22,531 bases of DNA from positions 1 through 22,531 of the forward strand of contig JAEOTC010000261.1 in the NCBI GenBank assembly GCA_016840035.1, in the 5' to 3' direction. Positions 1 through 8,872 of this stretch are shown here, in pieces (position 1 is the first letter of the stretch; the number at the start of each line of letters is the position of its first letter). This DNA is from Candidatus Hodarchaeota archaeon. GTDB lineage: Archaea; Asgardarchaeota; Heimdallarchaeia; Hodarchaeales; Hodarchaeaceae. The position numbers and the translations under genes were made by a program. The notes below the pieces were generated by a model, which was not told the DNA's origin, searched no databases, and saw only the letters and a program-made list of their open reading frames with translations.

Positions 1-63
1 CAGACACAAATTGAGGGCATTTCATACACATTTCTTGCACTATTCACAGATAGTAGAAGATAG
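1..63 (+). CDS. Possible 3' end of a gene entering the window (QTQIEGISYTFLALFTDSRR*)
   Basis: Frame 1 is open from base 1 to TAG at 61-63 and converges on the stop of 82..405. It is too short to identify. Confidence 0.3.
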   Translation, partial: QTQIEGISYTFLALFTDSRR

Positions 64-81
64 GTTCTGAAAGTATTAGAA

Positions 82-405
82 TCATTCTCCAGTAAAGAAC
101 TTCTCTTGATCTTTTACTTCGAAGAACATTTGAAACTTTTCTTTTTCTGACTCAATTGCGATTTGCCAGAGTCCAAAATGTCTATTCCTTAGTAGTTTTG
201 GGATCGGCCACTGGAGCTCTATTCCGTTTTCTGTACCTTTTCCATATCTATTAAGTCGTGCATTTTCCTTTTGATCCAATATCTGTAATCGGTATCGGTG
301 AGGAACCTGTGAAAATTTTGCCGTAAAAGAGATTTTTTGACCCGGATAATATGTGTATAATGCCTTTTGTGCATCATCTGCAGAATTTAATGAAAATTCC
401 TTCAT
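82..405 (-). CDS. Hypothetical protein, stand-alone macroglobulin MG2-like beta-sandwich domain
   Basis: 107 aa. YYPGQKISF...YRLQILDQ...LQWPIP...GLWQIAI...FFEV follows the MG2 pattern YxPGqtVxf...i.Dp...f.lp...G.w.i...F.V. Confidence 0.6.
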   Translation of the reverse strand: MKEFSLNSADDAQKALYTYYPGQKISFTAKFSQVPHRYRLQILDQKENARLNRYGKGTENGIELQWPIPKLLRNRHFGLWQIAIESEKEKFQMFFEVKDQEKFFTGE

Positions 406-465
406 AGACTATTCTTTGAAGTATCTTCCGATAAGGATAAACAATATTGAGATATTATGTACAGA

Positions 466-1776
466 TTATCTCGAAGACCTCTTTTTGGATCTAACTCTCC
501 AGAGTAATCCGCTAAATATAATAAAACCTGTTATTAGTACAAGAGTAGCTGCAAAAAAGGCATATCTATAAGCTAATACCTCAGCTACACCAGAGAGAAT
601 CTGTGTATCGATAATCGGGCCCGTAAGAAGTGTACCAGCAAGTCCCCAGCTTAAGAAAAATGTTGTATTAAACACACTGAATCCTTTCGCTCGTTGTTTT
701 GCAGGAATTAATTCAGAAACAAACGCGTAAGAGGATGCGGTTACAATAACATCACCTGCACCACGTAAAAAACTGGCAAAATAGATGAAAGGAAGATAGG
801 TACTAAATGTAATCAACATTAAAGCCACTATTGCAATTCCTGAGCCTACTAATGTTGAATTCCCGTCACCAATTTTTCTCCCTAATCCCCCAACAAGAAT
901 CCCAATAATAATAATTCCCACAGATTGGAAATTAAGTAGAAAACCCAACGCTTCATATTCCATATTAAACCCAGAATCTAGTACCATATATGGAGAAAAA
1001 ATTACAGCTAAAGAGTTTCTCCCAAAATTAATGAATACCATTGCAATTAAAAATACAATAAAGATACTAGTGGATCTTTCTTGATGGTTTACTTCATTAT
1101 CAATAGTTAACGACGATTTAGATATATTTCTTCGTTTTTCCTCTTCTATTCCACCTTCTGGAATGAATAGCATAGGAATGGTTGAGAGAAACATAACTGA
1201 TGCAGCAATGTAAAATAATGGTCCGTCATAAAAACCCCAACCGGGATATAAAACTTTCAAACCGTCATATAAAGCCCCTCCAATTAATATACCAATTATT
1301 CTCCCAATACCTCCAATGCTGGAGAGTTGTCCCTGTACACGTTGTCTTGTCTCATATTCATATAGATCCGTTATTAACGAACTCCAGCCAATGTTACTCA
1401 TACTCCAGAAGAATTCTACACCACTCAAGCCTAGAATAATAATCCAACCAGCACTTAGGGGATTATCTACCATTCGATGGGCAAAAAAGACAAGTAACGT
1501 GCTGAATCCTGCGGATATCTCACCGATTATGACTAAAGTTCTTCTTAGTTGGTATTTATCTGAAATTATTCCCCAAATGAAGAGTTGACATCCAGAGTTA
1601 ACAATCATTGGTAATGAAGCAAAAAGTGTTGTTTCAGTGACAGATAAACCCAAAAACTCTCGAAGGTAAATTGAAAGGTATGTATAAAATAATCCCCTTC
1701 TAAACATCGCAAGTATCTGGAAGGACGACAAACCGAAAAATATTCTAGTTCGTTTGGAATCCTTATTTTGAAGCAT
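466..1776 (-). CDS. Major facilitator superfamily transporter
   Basis: 436 aa with about 12 hydrophobic segments in two halves. Motif A-like WGIISDKYQLRR and GGLGRKIGDG. Confidence 0.9.
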   Translation of the reverse strand: MLQNKDSKRTRIFFGLSSFQILAMFRRGLFYTYLSIYLREFLGLSVTETTLFASLPMIVNSGCQLFIWGIISDKYQLRRTLVIIGEISAGFSTLLVFFAHRMVDNPLSAGWIIILGLSGVEFFWSMSNIGWSSLITDLYEYETRQRVQGQLSSIGGIGRIIGILIGGALYDGLKVLYPGWGFYDGPLFYIAASVMFLSTIPMLFIPEGGIEEEKRRNISKSSLTIDNEVNHQERSTSIFIVFLIAMVFINFGRNSLAVIFSPYMVLDSGFNMEYEALGFLLNFQSVGIIIIGILVGGLGRKIGDGNSTLVGSGIAIVALMLITFSTYLPFIYFASFLRGAGDVIVTASSYAFVSELIPAKQRAKGFSVFNTTFFLSWGLAGTLLTGPIIDTQILSGVAEVLAYRYAFFAATLVLITGFIIFSGLLWRVRSKKRSSR

Positions 1777-2041
1777 CTCTTTTCCTCATGAGCGTAATGT
1801 ATATTGTAAAACATTCAGCGAATCTTGCTCCAATATTAACCTCAGAAGGTATTTGAAGAATAATCCTAGAAATGACTTTACGGCACCTAACAAGTCTTTC
1901 TTTCTGAAGGATTTACCAATTAAGAGTATTGAAAAGGAATTGGCTGTTAAAATAAATATCTACCCCTTCGACAACCAAGTTGGCATTTAGGAGCAAAACA
2001 ATCACTTTATTCTTAAAGAATATACATTGAGGAACAATAGA

Positions 2042-2440
2042 TTGAGTCAGAAAAAAAAGAAGCCTAAGAAAGGTAAAGGCAAAGGAAAAGGTAGAGGATA
2101 TGCTCCAGCTCCAGGTTTTTCAAGAAGAACACGTTATCCCTCCGATTCAGAAGTGATCGGAGTAGTGATTCGAAATCTTGGAGCGCGAAGAATGGATGTA
2201 CTTTGCGCAGACGAAGTGAAAAGAGTAGCGCGTATTCCTGGACGATTCAGAAGAGGATACAGAATAACCGTTAATGATGTAGTCTTAGTAGAACCTTGGG
2301 ATGATCTTTCGGGTGATCGAGGGGACATTACATATCGCTATCGAAAAAATGAAATTAGACCCCTTTCTAGGAGATATAAAAAAGAACTCGACGCTTTAGA
2401 TGTCGAAATCCCAAGAGTAATGGATGAAGAAGGACGTTAA
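2042..2440 (+). CDS. eif1a: Translation initiation factor aIF1A/eIF1A (OB fold)
   Basis: Core EVIGVVIRNLGARRMDVLCAD...RVARIPGRFRR...NDVVLVEPWD...RGDITYRY. Start may be TTG 2042 (GAGGAA at 2029-2034) or TTG 2027. Confidence 0.92.
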   Translation: MSQKKKKPKKGKGKGKGRGYAPAPGFSRRTRYPSDSEVIGVVIRNLGARRMDVLCADEVKRVARIPGRFRRGYRITVNDVVLVEPWDDLSGDRGDITYRYRKNEIRPLSRRYKKELDALDVEIPRVMDEEGR

Positions 2441-2508
2441 CCCGTTATATCTCTTCTCCGTTTAAATCATATTGAATACTCAGGTAGTTTTATTGGACCA
2501 TCACTGAA

Positions 2509-3264
2509 ATGACGGCTATTATTGCTCACAGAGGTTTTCCTAAGACAGGAGAACCTGAAAATTCAATACCCGCTTTCACATCGGCCTTAGAGGCAAAAGC
2601 TGATGGCATTGAATTCGATCTTCATCTCACAGTGGATGGCCATTTTGTCTGTTTCCATGATCCTGATCTGCTGAAACTGGGTCATTCTGGTCGAATTAAT
2701 GAGACGAAACTGAAAGATTTGATTGATATTGAATTGTCAGAAGGTGTGACCATACCATCCATTGAGGATATACTAGAAAAATTTGGGAATAAAACCCTCC
2801 TAAATATTGAATTGAAACCACAAAAAAAGGGTGCAGAAGAAATTGTTCAAGTTCTTCACCAATATAGTATTGATAAATCTCCTGAAAAGCTTATTTTATC
2901 CTCCTATCATGGTGAAGTTTTAAGAAAGATTAAATCCATTGATCAGGAGATTCCGACGGGCCTTCTAGTTAACTTTGCCAGAAATCAACTCTCTTTAGCT
3001 CAAAAGTACAATTGTGATGCTTTTCACCCATTTTATGATATCCCCCCGGAAGGATGGACGAATCTTCCTGATTGGTTGGCTACTCGCATTATTAAATATT
3101 ATGTCCATAAATATTTTGAACAAGCCAAGTCCCTTGGACTATTAGTCAATCCATACACAGTTAATTCTCCCCAATACTTGAAGAATTGCTTTAAATATAA
3201 TGTTTATGCCGTTATAACAGATGCATCTGATCTTGCCTATCAAATTAGGCAAGATTATTCTTAA
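2509..3264 (+). CDS. Glycerophosphodiester phosphodiesterase (GDPD family)
   Basis: IIAHRG, PENS, GIEFDLH, FHD, LNIELK, YTVN and VITD motifs. Confidence 0.92.
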   Translation: MTAIIAHRGFPKTGEPENSIPAFTSALEAKADGIEFDLHLTVDGHFVCFHDPDLLKLGHSGRINETKLKDLIDIELSEGVTIPSIEDILEKFGNKTLLNIELKPQKKGAEEIVQVLHQYSIDKSPEKLILSSYHGEVLRKIKSIDQEIPTGLLVNFARNQLSLAQKYNCDAFHPFYDIPPEGWTNLPDWLATRIIKYYVHKYFEQAKSLGLLVNPYTVNSPQYLKNCFKYNVYAVITDASDLAYQIRQDYS

Positions 3265-3761
3265 TCACGACCAAAAGTCCATCGACTGATACCAGTGTTT
3301 TTATAGAGAAATTTACCCTCAATAATTTCTTCTGTATCCAATAATTTGGGAGTAAAAATTCGATCTCCTCCCCACATATTTTCATAAGGAATTTTACCCT
3401 TGGAAAACCAATGCAATTCCCCTTCAGTGTTCTCAAAATCAATTTTTTCTTTCACTGTTACAGTATAGATGAATACCAACCAATTGAATGCAGGTAAATC
3501 CTCTAACTCCTTATTTCTATTGATTTCATCAAAATAAATATATCCCCGAAATGAGATTTCAGATTGTGATAGTTCATAACCTGATTCTTCCTTAATTTCA
3601 CGGATAATACATTCAAGAGGAGTCTCCCCTGGTTCGAGTCTGCCACCTATTCCCACGTATTTTCCTTGATGAAAATCATTCTCCTTTTTATTACGATAGA
3701 GTAACAAAACTTCATTCTCATACGTGATGTAGGCTAAAGTGGCTAATTTATGCATTGGCAT
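3261..3761 (-). CDS. Nudix hydrolase, 8-oxo-dGTP diphosphatase (MutT/MutX/MTH1-like)
   Basis: Complete Nudix box GRLEPGETPLECIIREIKEESG, plus EGELHWF and MWGGDRIF typical of the MTH1/MutX group. Its stop overlaps the GDPD stop (TTAA 3261-3264). Confidence 0.88.
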   Translation of the reverse strand: MPMHKLATLAYITYENEVLLLYRNKKENDFHQGKYVGIGGRLEPGETPLECIIREIKEESGYELSQSEISFRGYIYFDEINRNKELEDLPAFNWLVFIYTVTVKEKIDFENTEGELHWFSKGKIPYENMWGGDRIFTPKLLDTEEIIEGKFLYKNTGISRWTFGRD

Positions 3762-3955
3762 TATTTTATCTGTCCAGATTCTTCACCAGTAATGGTCTTT
3801 TCTCTATCGGGGGCCTCTTTCCTAGAACTTCAAAATTATTCGGATAATTCGACACATTATTTAATTTTTGACAGGATTCTTCTTTTACTTGATCAGTTCT
3901 TCAAATTTAGAAAAATGGTGAATTTACACAATTAGAACCGAGGAAAAACGAGCTA

Positions 3956-4426
3956 ATGGTTGACATTACTATCAGACAGAGTAAAATCACTGATGTTGAC
4001 GAAATTAACGATCTAGAAAAACTTGTTTTTTCCCCCAAACTACGATACGGCCCTTCACTCATCATAGCTATAATAAATATGGCATTACCTCATTTAGCAT
4101 TAACTGCACTACTAGAACCACAAAACAAAATAGTAGGATTTATTGCGGGTGAAGTCGATGAGACTCGTGAATCAGTGGGAAGAATTATAACAATAGAGGT
4201 TGATCCAGTTTTCCAGCACCATCAGATTGGACATACTCTCCTCCAAGACTTAGAACAGAACTTAGTTGAATATTATTCGATACAAACGATAGAATTACAG
4301 GTTCACTACAAAAATCAAAATGCGATAAATTTTTACCGTAAACATGGTTTTTCTGAGGTCAAAAGAATAAAAAATTATTATGCAAGGAAAGAACACGCAA
4401 TACTTATGCAAAAATCGATAATTTAG
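3956..4426 (+). CDS. GNAT N-acetyltransferase, RimI/Ard1-like
   Basis: ITIEVDPVFQHHQIGHTLL (acetyl-CoA motif A), LQVHYKNQNAINFYRKHGF, IKNYY...HAILM. GAGG SD-like sequence upstream. Confidence 0.88.
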   Translation: MVDITIRQSKITDVDEINDLEKLVFSPKLRYGPSLIIAIINMALPHLALTALLEPQNKIVGFIAGEVDETRESVGRIITIEVDPVFQHHQIGHTLLQDLEQNLVEYYSIQTIELQVHYKNQNAINFYRKHGFSEVKRIKNYYARKEHAILMQKSII

Positions 4427-4430
4427 ATGT

Positions 4431-5177
4431 TTATAATTCAGACATCGCTTTAATAATTAAGGGAAAGATTTCTCCAGCTTTTCCATTAATAACAACATCG
4501 GCGTAGTAATCTAAACTTGTCGGTTCCTCATTTACAATAATCACTGGCGTCTTTGTATAGATTACCAGTGAAGGTAAAGCCGCTGCTGGATATACACTTA
4601 AACTACTCCCAATTATTATCACTAAATCAGCTCCAAGAAGAGCCCTTTTAGCTTCTTCAAAGACATCTTGTGGAGGAAGTTCACTAAATAGAACCACATT
4701 AGGTTTTATTAATCCATTACAATCTGGGCATCGCGGTACGATGACCGATTTGAGCATTTTCTCAACTGTTATCCTTTCATATTGCTTTTGACAACTTAAA
4801 CAGGTAGCAGTTTCACCTGTTCCATGTAGTTCCAGAACACGAGAATTTCCCGCACGTTGATGTAAAAAATCAATATTCTGAGTAATTATTGTTGTTAACT
4901 TTCCCATAGATTCGAGGGTTGCAAGAGCTTGATGCGCTGGATTTGGTTCTGCTGATGAAACTAGCTCGGCAAGTTCTGAATGCATTGTCCAGAATTTTTC
5001 TGGCCATTTCAAAAATGCGGAATATTCAGCATACTCATTAGGATCAAAACGTTCCCATAGCCCTCCAGAGCTTCTAAAATCAGGAATACCTGATTCCACA
5101 CTAATACCTGCACCAGTAAACGCCACTATATTTGATTTGGTCTTAATTAAATTCGCGGCTTGTTTATGTAAATCCAT
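4431..5177 (-). CDS. cobB: NAD-dependent protein deacylase (Sir2 family)
   Basis: TGAGISVESGIPDFRS, TQNID, ELHG, Zn ligands CLSC/CPDC, KPNVVLF, IGSSL. Confidence 0.95.
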   Translation of the reverse strand: MDLHKQAANLIKTKSNIVAFTGAGISVESGIPDFRSSGGLWERFDPNEYAEYSAFLKWPEKFWTMHSELAELVSSAEPNPAHQALATLESMGKLTTIITQNIDFLHQRAGNSRVLELHGTGETATCLSCQKQYERITVEKMLKSVIVPRCPDCNGLIKPNVVLFSELPPQDVFEEAKRALLGADLVIIIGSSLSVYPAAALPSLVIYTKTPVIIVNEEPTSLDYYADVVINGKAGEIFPLIIKAMSEL

Positions 5178-5188
5178 AAAAACTCACG

Positions 5189-6373
5189 TTATGGAATATA
5201 GGCATATAAAGCTAAATCGATCTTCTGGCTATCGTCTCCTAAAAGGGAAAGGTATTCAACCCGAGGGAGACTATCCAAGTTTATCGGTATATCAATCCTC
5301 CCAATCTTCTTCTGCTGTAAGCGTACGTTTTCAAATGCATGAATAACTAACTTTAAAGGTCTGTCTCTGTTAAGCTCGACCTGATTCGTATAAATTATCA
5401 TTGGGTTTTCTGGAATTGCGATTTCTTGGTGAGGGGCTAAGAACCCTTGACGTGGATATTGTTGAGTTAATCTACCTTGCGAATGAATCCAGAGAGAGAT
5501 TGGAGAATTTATATTAACTAGTGTAAGTAAACGAATTTTGAATATCGCTATTTGAGGGATCAAAAATGGTTGAACTAAACGAAAAACTATTCTATGCTTA
5601 TGTACTCGTAATTGAGTCTCTCCAACAGATATATTCACCGCATCAGGTAACGGAATGAATCTAACAGCACTTCCATTTTTACCAGTAGACCAAACAGATC
5701 CTCCAATGTTAATCTGAGTAAGAAAATATAACTCTTTTTCGCTGATAGTGGAGCTTATATCTTCGAAATAATCTATAGCTTGCTCCAACTCCTCCTTAGT
5801 AGCTCCGCTCTTACTTTGAAGTAAATTTAGATACTGAGCCTTATCATGAGGACTTCCGATCATTGTGAGGACGCGGATATGAGCTGCACCATTCTTGAAT
5901 TTTGCATAGTAACGCGCCAAGACACCACCAGAAGCATATGCAATCATTGAAAGTTTATGAGCTTTCGTGATTTCCCTAATAATGGTGACATTTTTTGCTA
6001 AATTGGTGCTAGCGTTATCGAGGTCAATTAAACTCGATATATCCAAAGCAAAAATGTATCGAAATCCGTGTCTCCACAGTTCTCTCGCAAACCAATTGAA
6101 TATAGTATGTTTTGAATTAAAACCATGAATCAGCAATATAGGCTCATTAAATCGTGCATGTGTTAAATCCGGAAGATAAGTTTCTGTTAAATCAGTATCT
6201 AAATAAGCGAATCTCCATAATCTCCATTCACTTACTTCTTTTTCAATTTCTATCCAAAAATGATCAAGTTTCTTTAATCGTTCAGTTTCTGCGGTAACAT
6301 CGACAAACTTGGTTTGACCGATCTTCCGATCTTCCTCATTATTGACCATTTTGCCCATTATCCAGGCGAACAA
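5189..6373 (-). CDS. Alpha/beta-hydrolase (lipase-like) fold protein with degenerate nucleophile motif and C-terminal C2-like beta domain
   Basis: PILLIHGF, elbow AYASGGVLARYY (canonical GHSxGGxxARYY), IGSPH. The C-terminal ~120 aa is beta-rich. Start uncertain (TTG 6373 or a downstream ATG). Confidence 0.75.
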   Translation of the reverse strand: MFAWIMGKMVNNEEDRKIGQTKFVDVTAETERLKKLDHFWIEIEKEVSEWRLWRFAYLDTDLTETYLPDLTHARFNEPILLIHGFNSKHTIFNWFARELWRHGFRYIFALDISSLIDLDNASTNLAKNVTIIREITKAHKLSMIAYASGGVLARYYAKFKNGAAHIRVLTMIGSPHDKAQYLNLLQSKSGATKEELEQAIDYFEDISSTISEKELYFLTQINIGGSVWSTGKNGSAVRFIPLPDAVNISVGETQLRVHKHRIVFRLVQPFLIPQIAIFKIRLLTLVNINSPISLWIHSQGRLTQQYPRQGFLAPHQEIAIPENPMIIYTNQVELNRDRPLKLVIHAFENVRLQQKKIGRIDIPINLDSLPRVEYLSLLGDDSQKIDLALYAYIP

Positions 6374-6593
6374 ATAATTCAGTTGATTAACAAGTACCTA
6401 TTCATGTAATTGATATATTTTTCTGGATTGGATTTAGTGCCCGAATTCTAATTTTGATATAGAATAGCTCCTTTTACCAAATCAAGTCATTTATACATCA
6501 AAATTCCTTTGTTATCGTTTAATTCGAAAATACCTAACATTTTTATTTGAATTTTCTAGGTATTTTCCCTCAATCAATAACTTTGTACTGTGA

Positions 6594-7130
6594 GTGGATA
6601 ATCAATTGGTAAAGTATTGCCCTTCATGTGGACATCAAACGGATTCTGACTCAATATATTGCCTTAATTGTGGAAAAAAGCTACCTGAAAAACCTATCTC
6701 GAAACCAGGAACGAGTTGGAAATCTCCCACACGACCTGTTGGGGAACCTTCATATCAAAGGCCTGCTTATCCTCCTAGTTATACACCAGTGTATCAAGCA
6801 AAACCCTACCACCCAAGTATGAAAGCTCCACTTGGTGAACGATGTGTTGCTTACTTAATAGATTCTGCTATCGATCAGTTCACTTGTGGAATCTATGGTT
6901 GTATTAAGGATGGTATTCGTGATGGCCAGTCATTTGGAAAAGGGTTGATGAATCTTCGTGTAGTTGATTATAATTCTGGTCATCCGGCCACTATAGGGCA
7001 ATCTTTTATTCGAAACTGTGTTTGTGGATGTGTAGACGTCTCATGTTGTTATTTAGTAGTGCTTTTGTCAACTGACGGACGTAGAATAGGTGATCAAGTT
7101 GCTGGGACCATAGTGATTCTAGATCGATGA
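6594..7130 (+). CDS. Zinc-ribbon plus Pro/Tyr-rich linker plus Cys-rich RDD-family protein
   Basis: CPSCG...CLNCG zinc ribbon. RDD hallmarks RCVAYLID, GQSFGK, LRVV, RN, RRIGDQVAGTIVI. GTG start. Confidence 0.85.
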   Translation: MDNQLVKYCPSCGHQTDSDSIYCLNCGKKLPEKPISKPGTSWKSPTRPVGEPSYQRPAYPPSYTPVYQAKPYHPSMKAPLGERCVAYLIDSAIDQFTCGIYGCIKDGIRDGQSFGKGLMNLRVVDYNSGHPATIGQSFIRNCVCGCVDVSCCYLVVLLSTDGRRIGDQVAGTIVILDR

Positions 7131-7252
7131 AAAACCAACTTAAGATAACTCCCCTATACAATTGAAAATGTTTTAATTTACTACTTCTCCTTTAGAATGT
7201 AGGATTATGCTCTCGAAATACCTAAAATCTTGACAATAATTTTTTTCTTTAA

Positions 7253-8779
7253 ATGAAATCTGGGTTTATTGAGATGGATGATATTTTTAATAAAATCTCC
7301 GAATTGGAACGCCTTGGAGAATTTGAGAAAATACTAGAATTAACCCAAAATGAAATGAAGACCAGTATTGACAAGAAATCCAAGCTGAAACTTAATATTG
7401 CTCAACAAGAGGCGAATTATAACTTACGGAATTTTCAAGCGGCAAAGAAGAACGTTGAGGACTTACTCCTCGACTCTTCAATTGCGATGTTCCCAAATTT
7501 CATTGGTGATGCCCATAATTTGCTTGGGAAGATTTTTAGAATTCATCAACGATATGAAGAAGCTTTAAATCATTACAAAAGCGCGGAGAGTGCCTATAAA
7601 CAAGTTCAGAATAATTCTGGATTAGCCAAAATATACCTCAATATTGGGAACGCATATATCTTTCTGCAGGATATTAAAACAGCAAAGAAATTTCATATGA
7701 AATCATTAGAACTTGCTCTAATAACAAAAAATGAACGCTTGATAGCAAATTGCCATTTGAATCTTGGAAGTTTACATTATCAGAATGGAGAGGTGGAATC
7801 AGCTCTAGATAATTTCAAAAAAGCATTAGAAATATTTAATATAATCAATGACATTCCTGCACTGGCAGCAGTCCATTTGAATATAGCAGAATCTCTATTT
7901 TTAAGAAGAAACTTTACTGAATCATCTAAGTATAGCGCAGTAGCAATAGAGTTATATGGAAAGCAAAATAACATTTTAGGCCAGAACATCGCCTTAAAAT
8001 CTTTCGCAAAGTCTGAAAAACATTCGGGTAACTTCAAAAATGCTATTAAATCTTTTGAGGAAGTACTTAAAAATCAAGAATCCGCAGCGGATGAAGAAAT
8101 ACTCTTGGAACTTGGAGAATGCTATTTGGAGCTCAAAAACATCGAGAAAGCAGAAGAGCTTTTCTTTTTATTACAGAATAATCATGTTTTTTCTCCTCAG
8201 GCGAGGGGGTACGCATTAAATTCACTTGCTTTATTAGCAGGTGAAAAAAAGGAGTTTACTAATTCAATTAATTATTATCAAGAATTACTAGAGGTTTTAG
8301 AAGACCTACCAGTTGAAGATAATGATAGTAAAGCATCAACTCTTGGTAATTTGGGGTTTATGCATCTGAAACTCGATAACTCAGAAGAAGCTTTCCGATA
8401 TTTGAACTCTTCTTTGAAGTATTTTGAAAAGAATAAAATCTGGGAAGAATCCATTGTTTTATTAAATAATTATTTTACCGAATTTCTATCCAAGAAAAAA
8501 TATGACAAAGGACTATCATTGATAGAAGAGTTTTCTCTACCTATTGCTAAGAAGGCTAAGAGCGGCAGATGGAGAGACTCACTCCATCTTAATGTAGCGT
8601 TTCTTTATCATCTGGTGGGAAATTCTACAAAAGGAACTAGATACTGCAAAAAATATCTTTCTGATGATTTATTAGGGAAAAGCAAGCCAAATTTTATAAC
8701 AAATGAGATTTTACCGAGTATCCAGAGAAACGAACTAGAAGATGAGTGGCAGGTTTTTACAAAGTTACTAACCCAATAA
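7253..8779 (+). CDS. Tetratricopeptide repeat protein (TPR-only)
   Basis: Repeated helical units such as AHNLLGKIFRIHQRYEEALNHYKSA, IYLNIGNAY, CHLNLGSLHYQNGEVESALDNFKKAL and TLGNLGFMH. Confidence 0.9.
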   Translation: MKSGFIEMDDIFNKISELERLGEFEKILELTQNEMKTSIDKKSKLKLNIAQQEANYNLRNFQAAKKNVEDLLLDSSIAMFPNFIGDAHNLLGKIFRIHQRYEEALNHYKSAESAYKQVQNNSGLAKIYLNIGNAYIFLQDIKTAKKFHMKSLELALITKNERLIANCHLNLGSLHYQNGEVESALDNFKKALEIFNIINDIPALAAVHLNIAESLFLRRNFTESSKYSAVAIELYGKQNNILGQNIALKSFAKSEKHSGNFKNAIKSFEEVLKNQESAADEEILLELGECYLELKNIEKAEELFFLLQNNHVFSPQARGYALNSLALLAGEKKEFTNSINYYQELLEVLEDLPVEDNDSKASTLGNLGFMHLKLDNSEEAFRYLNSSLKYFEKNKIWEESIVLLNNYFTEFLSKKKYDKGLSLIEEFSLPIAKKAKSGRWRDSLHLNVAFLYHLVGNSTKGTRYCKKYLSDDLLGKSKPNFITNEILPSIQRNELEDEWQVFTKLLTQ

Positions 8780-8830
8780 CCAGATAATTACAGTAGGCAT
8801 CTCAAAGTTTCGACAAGCAATACTTAAAAC

Positions 8831-8838
8831 TTATATAA
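8831..8838 (+). promoter_or_regulatory. Putative archaeal TATA box
   Basis: TTATATAA preceded by A-rich AAAAC, about 35 bp upstream of the TTG at 8873. Confidence 0.4.
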
Positions 8839-8872
8839 TGAATCTTTCGATCTTAAAACGAGGATAAAATGA

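Noticed and set aside
3761-3829. Minus-strand frame SSRKEAPDREKTITGEESGQIK* whose TAA overlaps the Nudix ATG (TAATG)
   Set aside because: It is closed by TGA upstream with no start codon. It could be a gene remnant, but that cannot be supported.
4431-6373. Sir2-based anti-phage defence system (Thoeris/DSR-like)
   Set aside because: The Sir2 is a canonical 248-aa Zn-binding deacylase, not a SIR2_2-type NADase effector, and the context is housekeeping.
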